DNA from: Synechocystis sp. PCC 6803 substr. PCC-P
GTDB taxonomy: Bacteria > Cyanobacteriota > Cyanobacteriia > Cyanobacteriales > Microcystaceae
NCBI RefSeq assembly: GCF_000284455.1
Contig: NC_017039.1
Coordinates: forward strand, 1,470,001-1,502,000
DNA length: 32,000 bases
Reading direction: 5' to 3'
Within the stretch, counting starts at the first letter, position 1; the number at the start of each line of letters is the position of its first letter. The translations under genes were made by a program, and so were the position numbers. Shown piece by piece: positions 27,138 to 32,000 of the stretch. The notes under the pieces are model-generated. The model was not told the origin of the DNA. It saw only the letters and a program-made list of their open reading frames with translations, and searched no databases.

Positions 27138-28250
27138 ATGATCCATGCCGGTCAATCCAGTTCCTTGACTCCAGCGGCGTCCCCCCCTCACCGGCGGGGT
27201 AAACACAAAATTTTCATTGGCATGGCCCCGGGGGTTGGCAAAACCTATCGCATGTTGGAGGAGGGGCAACAGCTCAAGCAGGAAGGCTTTGACGTGGTGA
27301 TTGGCCTGTTGGAAACCCACGGCCGGGAGGAAACGGCCCAAAAAGCCATTGGTCTGGAGCAAGTCCCCCTCAGAACCATGATTTGGCAAGGGCGATCGTT
27401 GCTGGAAATGGATACCGGAGCCATTCTGGCCCGATCGCCGCAGTTGGCGTTAGTGGATGAGTTGGCCCATACTAACATCCCCGGTGCGGAGCGGGAAAAA
27501 CGCTATCAAGATGTGGAACTTATTTTGGCCGCAGGCATTGACGTCTATTCCACCATCAACATTCAACATCTAGAAAGCCTCAATGATTTGGTGTATAAAA
27601 TTTCCGGGGTGGTGGTGCGGGAACGGGTGCCCGATCGCCTTTTGGATGAAGCTGACGAAGTGGTAGTGGTTGATGTTACCCCAGAAACCTTGCAAGAGCG
27701 TTTGCAGGAAGGCAAAATTTACGCCCAGGACAAAATCAACCAAGCCCTGCAAAACTTTTTCAAGCGCCAGAATTTGGTGGCCCTGAGGGAACTGGCTTTG
27801 CGGGAAGTGGCCAACAATATTGAGGAAAATAGTCGCCATGATCAACAGACTAATCACTGTGCTGTCCACGAACGGATTTTGGTGTGTATTTCCACCTACC
27901 CCAATTCCATTCAATTATTGCGACGGGGGGGGCGCATTGCCAGTCAAATGAATGGTCGTCTATTTGTCTTGTTTGTGGCTCCCACCAATCAGTTTCTCTC
28001 CAAGGTGGAGGCACTCCATGTGGAAACTTGTCAACATCTGACCCAGGAGTTTGAAGGGGAATTTATTCGCCAGGAATCCGACAACGTGGTGGGGGCCATT
28101 GCCCAGGTGGCCACAACCTATCGCATCACCCAAATTGTGTTGGGGGAAAGTCGGCGATCGCGGTGGCATTTACTGATCAAGGGTTCCATTATTCAACGGT
28201 TAATGCGCTGTTTGCCCACTGTTGATCTGCACATCATTGCCAATGGCTAA
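27138..28250 (+). CDS. kdpD: KdpD N-terminal sensor module only (KdpD-N plus Usp domains), with no TM or kinase part
   Basis: Walker-like GMAPGVGKTYRML and the conserved KdpD-N block LLETHGREET...LVDELAHTN...RYQDVE. A Usp-like C-terminal half follows. The ORF ends at 370 aa, whereas classical KdpD is about 890 aa. Confidence 0.88.
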   Translation: MIHAGQSSSLTPAASPPHRRGKHKIFIGMAPGVGKTYRMLEEGQQLKQEGFDVVIGLLETHGREETAQKAIGLEQVPLRTMIWQGRSLLEMDTGAILARSPQLALVDELAHTNIPGAEREKRYQDVELILAAGIDVYSTINIQHLESLNDLVYKISGVVVRERVPDRLLDEADEVVVVDVTPETLQERLQEGKIYAQDKINQALQNFFKRQNLVALRELALREVANNIEENSRHDQQTNHCAVHERILVCISTYPNSIQLLRRGGRIASQMNGRLFVLFVAPTNQFLSKVEALHVETCQHLTQEFEGEFIRQESDNVVGAIAQVATTYRITQIVLGESRRSRWHLLIKGSIIQRLMRCLPTVDLHIIANG

Positions 28251-28326
28251 ATCATTTTTACCTAGGAACTGACTACCGTCACTAACATGCTCCCCCCATA
28301 AAGTTGAGACCTCCGGCTAGCAAAGG

Positions 28327-31300
28327 CTAAAACCTTTTTTGAAATTCCACTATGCCCCGGCTGTCGTCTTGGAAATTGCTAGACCCCCGGATCACAGTGC
28401 TGTCGTTAACCCGGTATTCCAAGCCCCACTGGGGTAGGCGATCAGAGTTGATGATTTTTTGCACCGACACTCCTATTTGGGGGGTAATATCAATTCCAGC
28501 TTCCGCCGCTACTCCAATTTGATTTCCCTGGAGGCGATCGCCTTCGTTCATTAAGGGAGTGGAAAAAATGCGAAATTCACTTAGTCCTAAAGCTTCCCCA
28601 ATGCGCCCCTGGACTGGGCCCAACACTGCGGACCCGGCCAAATTAGCTAGCCCCACTGTGGTTTGAGTACTATCCTGACCAAGGGTACTGAGCACACCGC
28701 CCCCTAACAACGTAATAATTTCCTGCGGCGATCGCCGGGGGGTACTGGTGAGCTGAATATTTTGGTTAATCTCACTGCCATAGCCATTAATGTGGGCTTG
28801 GATACGCACCGTTTGTAGGCTGTCTTGGTTAGCACTAAAGGGTTCTGGAATCTCGGAGGATTGGGAAGGACGATTAGCAATATTGCGGCTTGTTTCACTG
28901 ACGGAACTGAGCAAATATAAATCGAGATAGGGGTCCAAACCCCGCTGGGGCAGAAAATAAACGCTGTTATTTTGGTTATTATCCAACCTTAATTGGCTGG
29001 CAAATAGATTCACCTGGCCCCCTTTGAGCTTAATTTCCCCCTCAGGACGTAAATTTTGTGGGGTACCATTCAGGGTCACTTGGCCAGCGGCGGCAAAATC
29101 GAGAAAAGGTAAATTTTGCACCCGGATATTTTCCGCCAACACCAAGTTTAAGTTGTTGAACGTTAAGCCCCGCTGGGAAGAAGCACCGGAACCCAAGGTA
29201 GGTAGGGTTTGCCCCACGGAGATATTGCCATTGCCCAGGGCTAATTGACCTCCTATTTGGGGGGCGATCGCCGTGCCGGTAATCTGCACCAATCCCCCCA
29301 AAGCCCCTTGGTACAAATTGGGAATATCCACCGCCAAATTATTTAAGCTTAGTTGTAAACCCTGGTCCACATCGGGTAAGGCATTTTGCAGGGGTAGACT
29401 GCCCACCATCGCTAATCTCCCGCCACTAATCTGCCCAGTTAAATTGGTGACCTGGAGCGTATTTAAGTCCGCCGTAATTTGGGCATTGACCTGGGTTAAG
29501 GGCTTATCTGGTAACATCTGAGCGGCGATCGCCCCATTGTGGATGGTAATTTCCCCCAGCCCCTGGAGTTGGTACAGGGTTTGTTTATAGGGATCAAGGC
29601 AACCCAACAAAGCTAAATCCACTTCTCCCTGACCGCCTAGCCAACTTAATTGTCCACGGCTGAGTAGGTTGATCAACTTCAAACTGTCATTTTTTAACTT
29701 TAACGCTACGGAAAAATGATCACTGTTGGGGGCTTGGCTAGCAAAAGGAAAGACGTAGGGCACACTACCCTGTAATTGCAGGGGTTCCGTGAGGGAATTA
29801 ACCAGACTTTGTAACTGAAAATCTAAGCGACCAGCCTGGTAACTAAAATCCCCCTCAGTTTTTTCCAGCGCTAAAGGACCAAAGCGATTCTCTTTAATTT
29901 GCACTTTGCCCTGGAATTGAGGGTCCCGCCGGCTACCCCGGAGGCGAAAATCAGCAAATACATCCCCCTCTGGAGCAAAGTGGGCCGGGAGACGTAAAAT
30001 TTTGGCTAAGGGACCAAGGGGTAGTTGATGGAGTTGAATTTCTCCCTGTTGGCCCTGGGGTCCCAGTGACCCTGTTACCCGCAAAAATCGATCGCCACTT
30101 CGTAGTTCCAGGGGAGCAAAGCTAAGATTATCCCCCTGCCAGCGCCCCGCCAATTGCAATTGCCCCAGCCCATGGTCGCCCCACTGCCAATCTTGGCCCC
30201 AAAGGTTAAAGTTGGCCGCCAGGGGAGAGTCTTCCCGTTTCTCCACGGTAATTTTGCCCTGCAGTTGTCCCCGCAGTTGGTCTAAATCTGGTACAGGTTC
30301 ATGATTGGTCTCCGTTGGGGCCAAGCTAGCTTCACTCTGGGCCAGTTGATTAAATTGAGTGGCCAGATCATCCAAGGCATTGCCCACACTAACCAGCGGT
30401 GGCAAATTTTCTTGGTCTAAATCTTTGCCTATTTCACCGTATAAATCCTTAGCAGTACCGTAAATGGGGGGCTGAAAACCCCGGCCAAAATCTTCCCAGG
30501 TGAACAGTTGCAGAGCCGTTAAAACATCTTCAATCCGGCTTTGACGGAAACTAATTTCCCCGCCCCACTGGGGTTGATCGCCTTGGAAATTGGCTTGCCC
30601 CTGCACTAAAACTGTACTCTGGCCATGGCGCAAACGACCATTGTCCACCGTTAGTTGCCCCTGGCCGTAGCGAAAATTGCCGGTTAAATCCTGGGCGCTA
30701 AAATTACCCCAACGGGGTTGCTTGATATTAACCCTAGTGGCGATCGCCGTTTTTTGGGCCAGGTCAAGCTGAAAATGCCCCGACAATTGTCCTCCCCAAG
30801 GTTGGCTCTGGAGTTTGGCCAAGGAATCCGTTAAAGATTTGTCGCCATTGGGAACAAGGGTAAGGGCTAAGGGCAGACTATTTTGCAAAGCCTCTAGGGG
30901 TAAGGAATGGGCTGTTAAAGACCATTGGTCAGCCTGTTTTTGCCCTGCCAGTTGCCATGGTCCCCGCTTAAATAACACCGCCGTTGGTTGGTGCTTGGGG
31001 TCTAAACTGAGGCGAATTTGTTCCCCTTCTCCCTGGAGAGCCAACTGTAATCCCTGCGGATCTTTTTCCGCCTCACCCCTTAAACGGGAGGCAAATTTAA
31101 ATTCCCCTAACTGCAAATGGTTCACTGCCAATTGCCCTTGCCATAAAGGTTGCCCACCGGAGCCAGTCACATCTCCCTTGAAATCTAAATTTCCCGCCAA
31201 CGGAGCCCCTGGGGGAGTGGGAATAATTTTGGCTAGGGGTAACCCAGTAGCCTCCACCTGGAGGTCCATAGCCTTGATTGCCGCTTGGAAATCAAAACCG

Positions 31301-32000
31301 GTTTTAACCCCAGCAATGGCAATTTGTAGATTTCCCCGGGCGTTTAAACCCTTGCTACGGAGTTGGCTTAACTTAAGCTGGGAGCCTTGCCAGTCAAAGG
31401 CGATCGCCACGGGGTCGGATAATAATTGCCAACCCTGGGAGCTAATTAAATTTCCTGTTAAGTTCGTCAACTGAGCCGTTTCCCCAGTCCACCGCCCGGT
31501 TAGACTCAATTTTCCCGCCACCTGCCCCGGTTGACCAATGCGCAAAGCCTGCCAATCTATGCCCTCCGAGTTGAGTTGGGCAGTGAAGTTTTCCTCCCCT
31601 ACACTGAATTTTTCAATGTTTACTGTCCCCTGGGGGGAATGCCATTGCCCAGCCCCGGCTAAATCCCATTGCGGCAGAGGTTGGTCTAGTTCTCCCTTGC
31701 CAGTCCAGTTCCCAGCCAAAGTTCCCGACCAGGATTGATCCATACCGGGCAGGGTTGCCAGGGAAATATTTTTCGCCACAAAAACCCCTTGCCATTGTTT
31801 ACCCTGGAGTTGAAATTGGTCGATCGCCACGGTGCCCTGGGGTAGAGTTACTTGCCCTTGACCCTGTAGCTGCAATGGTGACTGGTCTTGCTGATTGCCC
31901 TCAGCCCACACCTGGGCTTGCAATTTGCCCTGCTTGAAACTGTCTGGGATTGATGCCGTGTCGAAAGTGCTAAGGGATAAATTCTGCAGTTGAAAATTGC
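28327..32000 (-). CDS. TamB/DUF490-like giant beta-rich envelope protein, C-terminal part. The 5' end lies outside the window.
   Basis: The frame stays open past the TTG at 31921-31923 to the window edge. The composition is highly repetitive and Gly/Gln/Leu-rich, typical of beta-helix proteins. The C-terminal block GVAAEAGIDITPQIGVSVQKII...LEYRVNDSTVIRGSSN is typical of DUF490. Confidence 0.8.
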   Translation of the reverse strand, partial: NFQLQNLSLSTFDTASIPDSFKQGKLQAQVWAEGNQQDQSPLQLQGQGQVTLPQGTVAIDQFQLQGKQWQGVFVAKNISLATLPGMDQSWSGTLAGNWTGKGELDQPLPQWDLAGAGQWHSPQGTVNIEKFSVGEENFTAQLNSEGIDWQALRIGQPGQVAGKLSLTGRWTGETAQLTNLTGNLISSQGWQLLSDPVAIAFDWQGSQLKLSQLRSKGLNARGNLQIAIAGVKTGFDFQAAIKAMDLQVEATGLPLAKIIPTPPGAPLAGNLDFKGDVTGSGGQPLWQGQLAVNHLQLGEFKFASRLRGEAEKDPQGLQLALQGEGEQIRLSLDPKHQPTAVLFKRGPWQLAGQKQADQWSLTAHSLPLEALQNSLPLALTLVPNGDKSLTDSLAKLQSQPWGGQLSGHFQLDLAQKTAIATRVNIKQPRWGNFSAQDLTGNFRYGQGQLTVDNGRLRHGQSTVLVQGQANFQGDQPQWGGEISFRQSRIEDVLTALQLFTWEDFGRGFQPPIYGTAKDLYGEIGKDLDQENLPPLVSVGNALDDLATQFNQLAQSEASLAPTETNHEPVPDLDQLRGQLQGKITVEKREDSPLAANFNLWGQDWQWGDHGLGQLQLAGRWQGDNLSFAPLELRSGDRFLRVTGSLGPQGQQGEIQLHQLPLGPLAKILRLPAHFAPEGDVFADFRLRGSRRDPQFQGKVQIKENRFGPLALEKTEGDFSYQAGRLDFQLQSLVNSLTEPLQLQGSVPYVFPFASQAPNSDHFSVALKLKNDSLKLINLLSRGQLSWLGGQGEVDLALLGCLDPYKQTLYQLQGLGEITIHNGAIAAQMLPDKPLTQVNAQITADLNTLQVTNLTGQISGGRLAMVGSLPLQNALPDVDQGLQLSLNNLAVDIPNLYQGALGGLVQITGTAIAPQIGGQLALGNGNISVGQTLPTLGSGASSQRGLTFNNLNLVLAENIRVQNLPFLDFAAAGQVTLNGTPQNLRPEGEIKLKGGQVNLFASQLRLDNNQNNSVYFLPQRGLDPYLDLYLLSSVSETSRNIANRPSQSSEIPEPFSANQDSLQTVRIQAHINGYGSEINQNIQLTSTPRRSPQEIITLLGGGVLSTLGQDSTQTTVGLANLAGSAVLGPVQGRIGEALGLSEFRIFSTPLMNEGDRLQGNQIGVAAEAGIDITPQIGVSVQKIINSDRLPQWGLEYRVNDSTVIRGSSNFQDDSRGIVEFQKRF

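Noticed and set aside
1-32000. Looked for CRISPR arrays, tRNA/rRNA genes, riboswitch-like leaders and long direct repeats
   Set aside because: I noticed no regularly spaced direct repeats, no cloverleaf-like or rRNA-like conserved stretches, and no recognisable riboswitch cores in the intergenic regions. The only dispersed repeats found are HIP1 and the four MITE copies.

Overview
The window looks like cyanobacterial chromosome. The HIP1 octamer GCGATCGC is very dense (e.g. 121-128, 1292-1299, 3071-3078). From memory, not a search, the gene order matches Synechocystis sp. PCC 6803 around slr1718-slr1731 / sll1601-sll1586.

Gene content, left to right:
- ComB-like gene (3' part only), nitroreductase DrgA, AspRS, a membrane-anchored periplasmic hypothetical, a CBS-less IMPDH-family enzyme and an orphan MalG-type ABC permease.
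- A saccharopine-dehydrogenase-like reductase, a lipoprotein-like hypothetical and a decayed LivM-type permease remnant.
- The Mn ABC importer mntCAB, then a 5'-truncated and inactivated IS5-family element.
- A KaiA-less kaiC2-kaiB2 pair, followed by a 38-codon KaiB-like stub.
- A DUF4230-like gene, the LysR regulator NdhR divergent from the Na+/H+ antiporter NhaS1, and the Hik20/Rre19 two-component pair.
- The divergent kdpA-kdpB-(small KdpF-like ORF)-kdpC-kdpD(N-terminal sensor only) operon.
- The 3' 3.6 kb of a TamB/DUF490-like giant gene that runs off the window.

I saw no rRNA, tRNA or CRISPR array.

Structure not explained by the genes:
- Four copies of a 110-128 bp palindromic MITE have termini that match the surviving end of the decayed IS. 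Two abut stop codons and two sit inside operons.
- There are three gene remnants: LivM-like, KaiB-like and receiver-domain-like.

I do not see convincing evidence for a wholly new multi-gene system. The most interesting candidates are the kaiC2-kaiB2 locus with its truncated third gene, the IS/MITE family, and the split KdpD architecture with a possible receiver-domain fossil.
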